Shown here piece after piece: positions 1 to 10,458 of a DNA stretch of 64,000 nucleotides. The DNA is from an uncultured Nitrospiraceae bacterium. Its GTDB lineage: Bacteria > Nitrospirota > Thermodesulfovibrionia > Thermodesulfovibrionales > UBA6898. The translations under genes and the position numbers were made by a program. The stretch covers positions 576,001 through 640,000 of the forward strand of contig CAWEQH010000004.1 in NCBI GenBank assembly GCA_963811165.1, in the 5' to 3' direction. The notes below the pieces were generated by a model, which saw only the letters and a list, made by a program, of their open reading frames with translations, had not been told where the DNA came from and did no database searches. The stretch's first letter is position 1; the number at the start of each line of letters is the position of its first letter.

Positions 1-1624
1 CCATGCCTATATATTCTCCGGCCCAAGGGGCGTGGGCAAGACTTCTTCTGCCCGCATACTGGCTAAGGCGCTAAACTGCAAGGAAGGGCCGACGCCTGCG
101 CCGTGCGGTGTCTGCGAGACCTGTACGGCGATCACGGACGGCTCATCGGTAGATGTCATCGAGATAGACGGGGCGTCCAATAACAGCGTCGACGACATAA
201 GGGACTTAAGGGAGAGGGTAAAATACGCACCCTCAGGCGGCAGGTATAAGGTCTATATTATCGACGAGGTGCATATGCTTTCGAGCTCTGCCTTCAACGC
301 GCTTTTAAAGACGCTCGAAGAGCCGCCCCCTCATGTTATCTTTGTCCTTGCAACGACCGAAATGAAAAAGATACCGGCAACGGTACTCTCCCGCTGCCAG
401 CACATGCCTTTCAGGAGGATTTCGAGCAGCGTGATAAAGGCACGGTTGAAGAAGATCTCCGATGCCGAGGGCATACGGATATCCCCGCCTGCAATAGGCC
501 TTGTTGCCAAGGCGGCGGAGGGAAGTATGCGGGATTCACTTACGATACTCGACCAGATATCTTCTTTCTCTACCGAGATAACCGAGGAGGACGTCAAGAA
601 CCTTCTGGGGATCACCGATTTTGGCCTGCTGGCTGATATGTCGAAGTCCCTGATCTCTGGCGACAGGGTACGGATACTTGAGATGGTGGACCTCATGTCG
701 GAGCAGGGGGCGGACATCCGCACCTTCTCAAAGGAACTTGTCCAGTTCTTCAGGGACCTTCTGGTTGCCAGCGTGATGAGGAGCCCCGGAGAGGTCCTCG
801 ACCTAAGCCCGGAGGAGACCGCCGTTGTCGGGGAGCTTGTCTCGGCGACTTCGGAAGATCAGCTGACGTTGATGCTTTCTGAGATCATGAAGTCGGAGGC
901 TGACATAAGGAATTCGGCGTCGCCCCGGCTGGCCTTTGAGATGGCCCTCATCAGGGCGAGTTTCCTTAGCTCTGTGAAACCTCTGAAGGAAGTAATAGAG
1001 CACATTAACCGGTTCAGAGGCCAACAGGATGTGATTGCCCCTGAGGTCCACCGGAGCGCGGAGGCTGAGGAGAGGCGGCCACGACCGGCTTCGGGAACAC
1101 ATGAGGTGAAGGGGAAAGGGGAAAGTGCGGCCAAGAAAGAGACGAAGGAGATAATCATATACCGGACGGATAAAGAGGCCGGACAGGAAGAGACTCCCGC
1201 GGTTTCGGAAAGCCCTGGGACGGAAGGGGATGCAACCGAGGAGATGCCGGCGGCAACGGATGTCTGGGAGAGGACCATCTCAAGGGTGGAGCCTCCTCTG
1301 GCGTCGAAGCTTGTAAAGGCCGCTGCGGAATTGAGGGGCGACGAACTCTTTCTTACCCTCAATGGAGGACAGGCGGTGTTTGAGGACTCTATTAAGAGCA
1401 ACCTTAAAATGCTCGAAAATATTGCATCGGAGGAGGCCGGAAGAAAGATCAGGATCAAGCTGGCTACCTCCCATAAAAAAAACGTACGGAAAAGGGACCT
1501 TAAGGAAAAGGTCCTCGAAGAACCCTTGATCAGGGAGGCACTTGAACTCTTTGAAGGAAGGATAGTCGATGTGACCCCTGTCGATGGTTCTGAAAACATA
1601 CAAAACGGAGGAGATCATGTCTAA
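1..1624 (+). CDS. dnaX: DNA polymerase III subunit gamma/tau (5' end lies before the window)
   Basis: Frame from base 2 reads HAYIFSGPRGVGKT (Walker A), then a Cys Zn module (CGVCETC), EIDGASNN, IIDEVHML, SRC; followed by ybaB-recR. Confidence 0.97.
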   Translation, partial: HAYIFSGPRGVGKTSSARILAKALNCKEGPTPAPCGVCETCTAITDGSSVDVIEIDGASNNSVDDIRDLRERVKYAPSGGRYKVYIIDEVHMLSSSAFNALLKTLEEPPPHVIFVLATTEMKKIPATVLSRCQHMPFRRISSSVIKARLKKISDAEGIRISPPAIGLVAKAAEGSMRDSLTILDQISSFSTEITEEDVKNLLGITDFGLLADMSKSLISGDRVRILEMVDLMSEQGADIRTFSKELVQFFRDLLVASVMRSPGEVLDLSPEETAVVGELVSATSEDQLTLMLSEIMKSEADIRNSASPRLAFEMALIRASFLSSVKPLKEVIEHINRFRGQQDVIAPEVHRSAEAEERRPRPASGTHEVKGKGESAAKKETKEIIIYRTDKEAGQEETPAVSESPGTEGDATEEMPAATDVWERTISRVEPPLASKLVKAAAELRGDELFLTLNGGQAVFEDSIKSNLKMLENIASEEAGRKIRIKLATSHKKNVRKRDLKEKVLEEPLIREALELFEGRIVDVTPVDGSENIQNGGDHV

Positions 1625-1958
1625 AAAGATGTTAGGGGATTTGATGCGCCAGGCCCAGAAACTGCAGGAAGAAATGATGAAGGCGCAGGAAGAGGCCAAG
1701 AAAAAGACGGTCGAGGCCACTTCGGGCGGCGGCATGGTTTCGGTCGTTGCCAGCGGCGCGGGAGAAATCGTATCGATCAGGATAGAGAAGGACGTGGTCA
1801 ACCCTGAGGATGTGGAGATGCTCCAGGACCTCATACTTGCCGCCGCAAATGAGGCGCTCAGGAGGGCACACGACCTCGTCAACGAGGACATGTCCAAGCT
1901 GACGGGCGGACTGCAGATCCCGGGTATGGGCGGCCTGGGCAATATGTTCGGAAGGTAA
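1617..1958 (+). CDS. ybaB: YbaB/EbfC nucleoid-associated protein
   Basis: MRQAQKLQ..GGGMV..D.EMLQDLI.AA.N.A; GGAGGA RBS before ATG 1617; lies between dnaX and recR. Confidence 0.95.
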   Translation: MSKKMLGDLMRQAQKLQEEMMKAQEEAKKKTVEATSGGGMVSVVASGAGEIVSIRIEKDVVNPEDVEMLQDLILAAANEALRRAHDLVNEDMSKLTGGLQIPGMGGLGNMFGR

Positions 1959-2033
1959 GAAAACTGTCGGCGGTCTTAAAGTCCAGGATGAAATCAGCGC
2001 AATATGCCGCTTCACGGCCGACATCGGTCCACT

Positions 2034-2624
2034 ATGCACGGAATTATCGATAGTCTGATAAACGAACTCACACGGCTTCCCGGGATAGGAAGAAAGACCG
2101 CGCAGAGGCTGGCCTTTTTCATCCTCTCGATGCCGGAATCAGAGGCATTGGCGATCGCAAAGGCGATAGAGGCGGTGAAGGAAAAGGCAAGGTTCTGCAG
2201 ACAATGCTTTAATATTACGGAAAACGAGCTCTGCGAAATCTGCAGCGACGAGTCCCGCGACCCAAGCAGGATATGCGTAGTGGAAGAACCAAGCAATATC
2301 CATGTGATCGAGCGGGTGAAGGGCTTCCATTGCCGGTATCATGTGCTGCTCGGGGCCCTCTCCCCGCTGGACGGCATTACTGCCGAGAAGCTCAAGATAA
2401 GGGAACTCGTAGAGAGGGTCAGGGAAGGTGATGTGAAAGAGGTAATACTTGCGACGAACCCCAATACAAAGGGCGAGATCACCGCGCAATTCATCAAAGA
2501 GACGCTCGCACCGCTTCAGGTCAGGGTGACCCGCATAGCCTACGGACTTCCGATGGGCAGCGATATCGAATTTGCAGACGAGGTCACCTTAGGCAAGGCC
2601 CTTGAGGGCCGCAGAGAGATTTAA
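2034..2624 (+). CDS. recR: Recombination mediator RecR
   Basis: LPGIGRKTAQRLAF HhH, C4 zinc finger, Toprim ICVVEE, YHVLLG.LSP; start chosen at the second ATG. Confidence 0.97.
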   Translation: MHGIIDSLINELTRLPGIGRKTAQRLAFFILSMPESEALAIAKAIEAVKEKARFCRQCFNITENELCEICSDESRDPSRICVVEEPSNIHVIERVKGFHCRYHVLLGALSPLDGITAEKLKIRELVERVREGDVKEVILATNPNTKGEITAQFIKETLAPLQVRVTRIAYGLPMGSDIEFADEVTLGKALEGRREI

Positions 2625-2832
2625 ATCGCAGGTTGTTTCAGCCCGGATTATTTCATAGGCCGGAGCATCATATCCCCTCGCACTCATCATCCTTAGCTGT
2701 TTGCGTAATTGATAGTTCACTATTTTTGTACGGCCATTGACTGTTGAGGCACTTCTGCCTATGCTATTGATGGTATCATAACCATAACCCCATGGAGGCA
2801 TTCGGCTTCTGACGGGATAAAGGGAGACCATA

Positions 2833-5639
2833 ATGCTCAACTTTCTCATCTTTGCCTTTATAGCTCTAATCTTCTTCCTGCCTGCATTACGCAACCTGAA
2901 ACATAAACGTTACAAAAGCGCCGGGATCTTTGCCTTGCTCGGAATTGCAGCGCTTGCCGGTGTCCGCATCTGGAGCGAGGTGTACCTTACCTCGCTTTGG
3001 TACAGAGACCTTGGATACGAGGGCCGCTACTGGAAGGTGCTCTTTCTCCAGGGCGAACTTTTCATGGCCGGCGGGCTTATCGCAATAACTTTTGGAATTG
3101 CGAATGTCTTTTTTTGGCACCACGGCGCAAGGCCTGTGGGACCATCCGCTGCAGGGGACTATCGCTCCAAACTTATCCTCCTGGGCGCCCTTCTCCTGCA
3201 ACTGCCTTTGTTCATTGCCGCAGGTACTGCAACCTCAGCCTACTGGAATGAGGCGCTTCTTTTTTCCAATGCCGTACCTTTCGGGCATGAAGACCCGGTA
3301 TTTCTGAAAGACATGGGGTTCTACATTTTCAGGCTTCCCTTCCTGGGTTTCGTAGTGGATTCGCTAAGCAGCCTTTTTACCGTCAACCTCTTACTCGTCG
3401 GGGGACTGTATGCGGTCGAGAATGCCCTTTTCCGTCTGCTCCCGCGCCTCGCCTTCGACAATTTTACGCGGAACCCTTTTGTCCACCGCCTCGTTACGCA
3501 GGTCTCGGTGAATTTTGTTTTCGGTACCCTGGTATTTATCGCCAGGACCCTCCTGGCCCGCTATGAACTTCTCTATTCCCATCGGGGTGTGGTCTATGGG
3601 GCGGGGTGGACCGACCTGCATGCACAGTTGCCCGCATACAGTGTTGCCCTCGTGGCCCTGACGGGTTGCCTTGTCCTGTTTCTCTACGCGTCGTTTACCA
3701 GTTCTACGAGGCGGACCGTCGGCATCTATCTCGCAAGCGCTGCCCTCCTCGGCGGAGTATGGATTGTCGGGCTTCAGGTGATTCCTGAGTTGGTCCAGCA
3801 CTTCAGGGTAGCCCCCAACGAACTCCCCCTCGAAAAGCCTTACCTCAAGAGGAACATCGAGTTTACGAGGGAGGCCTATGGGCTATCGAATGTCTCGGAG
3901 ATAGAATTTCCCGTTAATCCTTCGCCCAGCGGCGTCCTCGCACCGGGCGACCTGACTATCATAAACGGCATACGGCTCTGGGCCCCGGATATCCTCAAAG
4001 CGGTAAACGACCAGACGCAGTTCATACGCCTTTACTATAATTTCCCCGATGTGGATGTCGACCGCTACATGCTGGGGGGAAACTCACGCAGCTCATGCTG
4101 TCACTACGCGAGCTGAACATAGACCGCCTCGCCGCTCAATCCAGGACATTCCAGAACGAGACGATGATCTACACCCACGGATACGGGGATGTTGCCGCAC
4201 CAGTAAACAAGTTTACCCACGAAGGACTGCCCGAATACTACATGAAGGACATCCCTGTGGTTTCGTCGTATCCGGAACTTAAAATAGACCAGCCGCGGAT
4301 CTACTTCGGCCAGGAGACATTTAACCATGTCTACGTCAATACGAAGCTGAAGGAATTCGATTTCCCAAAAGGCGACATCAACGCCCAAAATACCTACGGC
4401 GGAAAAGCAGGCGTGAAGATCGACAGCTTCCTGAAAAAACTCGCTGTCGCAATTAATTTCGACGGACTGAGGCTATTCACTACCCAGGAACTTACTCCCG
4501 AAAGCCGCATCCTCTTTATGAGGGACATCAGCCGGAGAGTTCGCACCATCGCACCTTTTCTTACCTTCGATAACGACATGTACCATGTAATCGCAGACGG
4601 CAAGATCTATTTCATCTGGGACGCTTATACGACCGCGACGACATACCCATATTCCCAGCCGGTCATGAAAAAAGCCAATTACATAAGAAACAGCGTGAAG
4701 GTGGTGGTCGACGCATATGAAGGTTCGGTAGATTTCTATATCGCCGATAAAACCGACCCCGTCATCCGGGCCTATGCCAGGGCCTTTCCCGCTCTGTTTA
4801 AGCCGTTTGAGGCCATGCCCCTGTCACTGAAGGCCCATGTGAGATATCCCGAAGACCTTCTCACCATCCAGAGCCATGTCTTTGCAATCTACCATATGGC
4901 AGACCCGGGGGTGTTTTACAACCGGGAAGATGCCTGGGAAGTATCGCGGGTCGCGGCGGCGCAAGGGGAAGCGCAGCCCATTACGCCCTATTACCTGATC
5001 TCCAAACTGCCAGACTCCGATAAGGAGGAGTTCGTTCTCACCCTCCCGTTTTCCCCATACAGCACCGACAAAAACAGTCCGAGGAACAACATGGTCTCCA
5101 TGATCATGGCCCGGTGCGACGGTAATAATTACGGGAAACTGATGCTCTTTAAATTCCCTAAAGACCGGCAGGTCTACGGGCCGCTTCAGATCGGTATCCG
5201 CATAAATCAGGACGAGACCATAAGCAAGGACCTCACTCTTTGGAACCAGCAGGGCAGTCAGGTGAGGTTCGGCAACCTCCTGGCCGTGCCGCTATCCGGA
5301 TATCGCCTCATGTACATACAGCCAATCTATATTCAGGCATCCGTGGGGAAGATGCCTGAGCTCAGAAGGGTCGTGGTGGTCTTTGGAGACCAGCTCGCCT
5401 ACGGCGCGTCTTTTGAAGAAGCGCTGAACAAGTTCTTCCCTCAGATTTCAGGTTCTGCCGGTGAAAGCGCCTTAAGGCCGGCAGTGGCAAGAGAGGAAAA
5501 GAAGGCTGAGAAGAAAGACCTCGTTGCGGCCGCAGCAAAGGCGTTCGAGTCCTACCGCAGCCTCATGGGCAAGGGCAGGTACGAAGAGGCAGGGAAGGAG
5601 CTTGAGGAAGTAGGAAGAATTCTCAACCAGCTGAAATAA
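2833..5639 (+). CDS. UPF0182 family membrane protein, split by a single frameshift near 4074-4083
   Basis: DPVF..D.GFY.F.LPF, V.PNE...E.PY...NI..TR.AYGL, DVDRY in ORF1; YTHGYG, PRIYFG, NYIRNSVK.VVDAY.G in ORF2; adding one base at GGGGGGAAAC joins the frames. Confidence 0.85.
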
Positions 5640-5678
5640 AGCGGCAGCGGTAGGGACTGTTTTGCCCTCTGTGATATG

Positions 5679-8390
5679 TTAACCCGGGTCAAGGGGCGCC
5701 GCACCTCCGTCGGGCGGCGCCTTCAGAATGCCGCTGACAACTTCACTCACCTCGTTGGTGTTATAGGGTTTATTTATTACCCCGCAAAAACCGTACTTCT
5801 TGTAATCCGACATTATGGGGTCAACAGAATATCCGCTGGAAACAATGACCTTTGCGTGAGGGTCAATCCGCTGGAGCTTAACCACGGCTTCCTTCCCTCC
5901 TAATCCACCGGGAATGGTTAGATCCATGATCACAAGATCAAAGGGTTTTCCTTCCCTTGTTTCCCTCCCGTATATGTCTATCGCTTCATTGCCGTCCTTT
6001 GCGAAATCAACTTCATAGCCAAGGCGGGTCAATATGTGAACGCATATGTCCCTCACAAATTCCTCGTCATCCATGACTAGGATTTTACCCTTGCCCTTTC
6101 TTATGGCCCCGGTTTCCTCGCGTTCAGAATTAACGATATCTTTCAAGGCAGGAATATAAATCGTGAACGTAGTTCCCGCACCTGCAAGCGATTTTACCGA
6201 TATGGTGCTTTCGTGGCGTTTCAGAATTGAAAATACCGTTGCAAGCCCAAGTCCGCTTCCGGTCTTTTTCGTTGTGTAATATGGGTCAAATATTTTTCTC
6301 AAATTTTCCTCTGCAATGCCGTCCCCCTCGTCGCTGAATATAACCCTCACATAGTATCCGGCACGCAGATCCGCTATTTCTTCTTCAGCAAGGGTGACAT
6401 TCTGAAAATCTAAACGGACTGTTCCTCCGTTAGGCATGGCTTGGATGGCGTTAATTATGAGATTATTGAAGACCTGGTTGATCTGTCCCTTATCGACTTC
6501 AACACTCCACAGATGTGTCGGAATACTGTATACGCATTTCACATTTGAGCCTGAAAGTGCAAAGTTTACCGCCTCCCTGGCTATATCCGTAATGGAAACA
6601 ATCTTCTTTATGGGTGCCCCACCTTTTGAAAAAGTAAGCAGTTGATGGGTCAGATCTGCTGCCCGCCGTCCCGCTCTTTCTGCATCTGTTAAAAGTTGAA
6701 AAGCTACCTTGTCAGCTCCTATCTCCATCTTTGAGAGACTTACATTCCCAATGATCGATGTAAGCAGATTATTGAAGTCATGAGCCAATCCGCCGGCCAG
6801 CACCCCCAGTGATTCCAGTTTTTCCATCTTCTGCATCTCTTGTTCCATGTGATATTGTGCCGTAATGTCACGAAATACGAGTACGACACCTATGGTTTTA
6901 TTCTTCCTGTCCTTAATCGGGGCGCCGCTATCAGCAATAATGATTTCTGTTCCACCTTTTCTGATCAGGGCCGTGTGGTTTGCCAAGCCGGCAACCATGC
7001 CTGTCCTGATGACTTTTTCAGCAGGATTTTCGCACGTTTCCCTAGTGGTTTCATTGATAATGTTGAAGACCTCATTCAGCGGTTTACCGATTGCCTCTTC
7101 GTTAGACCAGCCCGTAAGTTCTTCGGCTGCCTTGTTAAGTAACGCAACATTACCGGAAACGTCAGTGGTGATAACCCCATCCCCGATACTTCTTAGGGTC
7201 ACTGCCAGTCGCTCCTTTTCTTCTGCCAAAGCAGCTTCTGCACGCCTGCGCTCCGTTACGTCACGGGTTACACTCAATAGAGCCACGATTTCATTTTTTT
7301 CGTTGCGGAATGGTACTGCATGGGTCTCAAGCCATAACCGTCTGCCTTGCGCTCCGACCATCTCAAACAGGAGTTCACCTGAGTCGCCTCTAAAGATTTT
7401 TTTTGTAAGCTCCTTGAAATCTTCCCGGTATTCAGGACAAACGAAAGGATAGACACACTGACCCTTGACCTGCTCAACAGAATCCAACCCAAGCATGGAC
7501 AAACCTGCACGGTTCATCATAATCAGGTTTCCATTTTCTTCAAGCAGCTTCACACATTCCGGCCCGGTATCAAAGATAGCCTGTAGCATATTCTCTGCTT
7601 TTGCCCTCTCGGCTATCTCGGCTTCAAGATGTTTTGTTTTATCAATGACGCGTTGCCTCAGTCCTGTATTGAAAAAAAACAATATAATTATGGCAAACAA
7701 ACCCGATCCGGCCGAACCTGTCAACATAAGTGCCATGTATCCTTGTTCTTCAATAGGCACCCTCATAGATTCTATGGCTCTCCTCTCTCCTAATTTCTCA
7801 TGAAAGCCTCCCTCTCCGGGATATAACCTGCGCAAACCAGGTGGGGCGGTCTCCGGGTCGCCATGGCATCTCAGGCATCGTTGTTCATTTTTGAGGAATG
7901 GTATTGCATAATACAAATACTTCTTGCCGTTAACTTTGACAACTTCTTCATACTCCTTAATGTTCGGGTTTTCGTTGAAAAACCTGATTAGTTTGGCTTC
8001 CTGTTCATCCGCCTTGTTGAGGGGGTTTCTGGGGTTGTTCGCAGCCATTTTATAGTAGACCGGCGTCAGTCCGACTTTTTCCCGTTCTTTATTATAGAGA
8101 CCGTGCATCGTTCTTACGATGTATGTTGAAGAAAGCACTTTAGGATTATAGAAATCATTGGCGATTTGCCCGTCCTTTATCGCTTCAAAGACAGTGGGGT
8201 GCAATACCTTCTGGATGTACTGATGGAACCCTCTGTTGGACAAAAGAATATTCTTGATATCTTCTTTCGCCTGTTGAATGAAATACCTGGTTATCGCATA
8301 ATGGAGAATGCCGGAAGCAATAACCACGACAACGAAAGGAAAAACAAGAAAGATGAAGACTTTCTTATTCACAGTAAAATAATAGAGCAA
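5679..8390 (-). CDS. Hybrid sensor histidine kinase (periplasmic DUF3365-like CxxCH domain, 2 PAS, HisKA, HATPase, REC)
   Basis: TM, A.NPRNP.N.AD..E, CLRCH, two PAS/PAC, AHDFNNLL H-box, GSGLGL, C-terminal ILVMDDE..MDLTIPGG; start uncertain. Confidence 0.9.
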   Translation of the reverse strand: MLYYFTVNKKVFIFLVFPFVVVVIASGILHYAITRYFIQQAKEDIKNILLSNRGFHQYIQKVLHPTVFEAIKDGQIANDFYNPKVLSSTYIVRTMHGLYNKEREKVGLTPVYYKMAANNPRNPLNKADEQEAKLIRFFNENPNIKEYEEVVKVNGKKYLYYAIPFLKNEQRCLRCHGDPETAPPGLRRLYPGEGGFHEKLGERRAIESMRVPIEEQGYMALMLTGSAGSGLFAIIILFFFNTGLRQRVIDKTKHLEAEIAERAKAENMLQAIFDTGPECVKLLEENGNLIMMNRAGLSMLGLDSVEQVKGQCVYPFVCPEYREDFKELTKKIFRGDSGELLFEMVGAQGRRLWLETHAVPFRNEKNEIVALLSVTRDVTERRRAEAALAEEKERLAVTLRSIGDGVITTDVSGNVALLNKAAEELTGWSNEEAIGKPLNEVFNIINETTRETCENPAEKVIRTGMVAGLANHTALIRKGGTEIIIADSGAPIKDRKNKTIGVVLVFRDITAQYHMEQEMQKMEKLESLGVLAGGLAHDFNNLLTSIIGNVSLSKMEIGADKVAFQLLTDAERAGRRAADLTHQLLTFSKGGAPIKKIVSITDIAREAVNFALSGSNVKCVYSIPTHLWSVEVDKGQINQVFNNLIINAIQAMPNGGTVRLDFQNVTLAEEEIADLRAGYYVRVIFSDEGDGIAEENLRKIFDPYYTTKKTGSGLGLATVFSILKRHESTISVKSLAGAGTTFTIYIPALKDIVNSEREETGAIRKGKGKILVMDDEEFVRDICVHILTRLGYEVDFAKDGNEAIDIYGRETREGKPFDLVIMDLTIPGGLGGKEAVVKLQRIDPHAKVIVSSGYSVDPIMSDYKKYGFCGVINKPYNTNEVSEVVSGILKAPPDGGAAPLDPG

Positions 8391-8421
8391 AGTTTCTAAT
8401 TTTTCAACGTATTTGCTTACT

Positions 8422-8937
8422 TTAGGTTGTGAGGAGTTTCTCTATTTCTTCCGACCAGGCCCCGTATCCTTCTTCACTCAGGTGGACCCCGTCGTCGAGC
8501 AGATACGACTTTTTAGGAATGCCTGAGGAATCGAGGAAGACGGTATGGATATCAAGGTAAAATACATCTTCTTCTTTCGCCATCTTCCTTAACTCCGTGT
8601 TCATCTCCCGGATTTCGTCATTCGAAATAAATGGAAAAAGCACCGGCAGCAGGCTTTGAACAAAGATCTTCAAAGATGGTGATTTTGCCCTAATCTCACC
8701 TATTATCTTCCTGTAGGTCCCCGAGAAGTCTTTGTCCGCCATGGCCATATTATTTATGCCTGTCATGATGAAGACGAAATCGGGGTTTACTACTCTTTCG
8801 AGGACACCGGGGAGTCTCAAAAAGAGTCCCTCCACGGTCTCTCCCGCAATACCGTAATTGGATACCTCGTGGCCCGGAAATCTCCGCGCCCAGTCATAAA
8901 ACTCGATCAATGAATCGCCGATAAACAGGAGTCTCAT
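8422..8937 (-). CDS. SGNH/GDSL-family hydrolase
   Basis: FIGDSL, GIAGET, GINN, DGVH blocks. Confidence 0.9.
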   Translation of the reverse strand: MRLLFIGDSLIEFYDWARRFPGHEVSNYGIAGETVEGLFLRLPGVLERVVNPDFVFIMTGINNMAMADKDFSGTYRKIIGEIRAKSPSLKIFVQSLLPVLFPFISNDEIREMNTELRKMAKEEDVFYLDIHTVFLDSSGIPKKSYLLDDGVHLSEEGYGAWSEEIEKLLTT

Positions 8938-8940
8938 GAG

Positions 8941-10263
8941 CTATCGGCCCTTGCCCCTGATCTTTCTTCCCCACTCATTTGCACGGCGTAAGATTTCCGG
9001 CTCGTCCCCGGTAAGCAGCGTGCGTCCGTTCATGACCAGCTTCCCGTCAATGATGACACTATGGATATCCGCAGCGCTCATTGAATAGACGATACTGGAA
9101 TACAGGTCATACATCGGCGTCAGATTGGGTTTCCTCACGTCGGCAAGGACGATGTCCGCCGCTTTTCCGGGCTCGATGCTTCCGGTCACGTCCCCGAGTC
9201 CCAGGGCCTCGGCCCCCCAGCGCGTGGCCATGAGCATTACCCTTCGGGCACTGAGGACGGTGGGGTCTTTAGAAAGGGCCTTATGGACCTTTGCGGTCGT
9301 AGACATCTCACTCAGGATATTGAGGTCGTTGTTGCTTGCTGCGCCGTCGGTGCCGAAGGTGACCCTGATTCCCTGGGCAAGCATCGAGGCTATCGGCGCG
9401 AATCCGGACGCCAATTTGAGGTTGCTCTCCATGCAGTGGGACACTCCCACCCCGCACCTTGCAAGGGTTTCGATCTCTTCGTCCTCCAGCCAGATACAAT
9501 GTGCCGCGGTCACGCTTTCGTCGAAAAAACCTATGGAATCGAGGAAGGTGGCGGGACGGCTCCCGTGCAGGGCCATCAGTTCTCCCACTTCCCACTCGGT
9601 CTCAGACAGGTGGATATGGATGCGCACAGCGTGCTTTTCAGAAAGCGCCTTTGCCTTTCTCAGAGTGTCGGGACTGCAGGCGTAAGCGGAGTGGGGCGCT
9701 ACGCACGGAGTAATAAGTCTGTCGCCTTTCCATCTCCCGATGAACGCCTCGGCCTTCTCGATGTATCCTGCGGCGTTTTGCGCGGTGCTCGTCGGAAAAT
9801 CGAGAATGCCAGCTCCTACCGACGCCCTCATCCCGATCTTCTTTGCAGCAGCCGCGATCTCATCGCCATAGAAATACATATCGTTGCAGGAGGTAATCCC
9901 GGATTTGAGCATTTCCAGGAAGGCGAGTTCTGCGGCGTCGGCAACGAATTTCGGGCTGAGCCATTTTTTTTCGGCTGGCCATATATGCTCCTCGAGCCAT
10001 TCTTTAAGAGGCAGGTCATCGGCAAGCCCCCTAAAGTAGACCATGGGAGAATGGGTGTGGGTATTGACGAGGCCGGGGAATGCAATAAACCCGTCGCCTC
10101 CGATGATTCGTTTTGAGGAGTATTTCCTTAAGATATCGTCGACAACCCCGACCGACACGATGCCGCCTCCATCAACGGCGATTGCACCGTTTTTTATTAC
10201 CGTGAAGTGCCTGTCCATCGTAAGGAGATGGTCAGCTTTTACAATTATGTCGACGTCCTGCAT
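8941..10263 (-). CDS. mtaD: Amidohydrolase, 5'-methylthioadenosine/S-adenosylhomocysteine deaminase-like
   Basis: PGLVNTHTH, RGLADDLPL..WL...IWP.E, HIHLSET, SNLKLASG, GTDGAASNN. Confidence 0.85.
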   Translation of the reverse strand: MQDVDIIVKADHLLTMDRHFTVIKNGAIAVDGGGIVSVGVVDDILRKYSSKRIIGGDGFIAFPGLVNTHTHSPMVYFRGLADDLPLKEWLEEHIWPAEKKWLSPKFVADAAELAFLEMLKSGITSCNDMYFYGDEIAAAAKKIGMRASVGAGILDFPTSTAQNAAGYIEKAEAFIGRWKGDRLITPCVAPHSAYACSPDTLRKAKALSEKHAVRIHIHLSETEWEVGELMALHGSRPATFLDSIGFFDESVTAAHCIWLEDEEIETLARCGVGVSHCMESNLKLASGFAPIASMLAQGIRVTFGTDGAASNNDLNILSEMSTTAKVHKALSKDPTVLSARRVMLMATRWGAEALGLGDVTGSIEPGKAADIVLADVRKPNLTPMYDLYSSIVYSMSAADIHSVIIDGKLVMNGRTLLTGDEPEILRRANEWGRKIRGKGR

Positions 10264-10284
10264 TTTCGGCTCCCTTCGGAATCA

Positions 10285-10363
10285 TAACTCCCCTTAACCC
10301 CCTCTTATCTTAAGAGGGGGAGAGGCGCCTGCCTGCCGGCAGGCAGGGAGCCTGGGGGCGTTA
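10285..10363. repeat. Intergenic REP-like composite palindrome
   Basis: CCCCCTCTTA-tct-TAAGAGGGGG hairpin (10298-10320) and perfect 20-bp palindrome CCTGCCTGCCGGCAGGCAGG (10328-10347). Confidence 0.6.
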
Positions 10364-10458
10364 CCTAAAAGCCGGATACCCGCCTACGGCGAGCAATACG
10401 AGAAATTGAATCCGCTCAAAGACAGTTCCCATACTGGCCTATAGTTCGTATATGATGA

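Noticed and set aside
1475..1482. A8 run in dnaX as a gamma/tau slippage site
   Set aside because: It lies about 47 codons from the C-terminus, not after domain III, and I saw no stimulatory SD or hairpin
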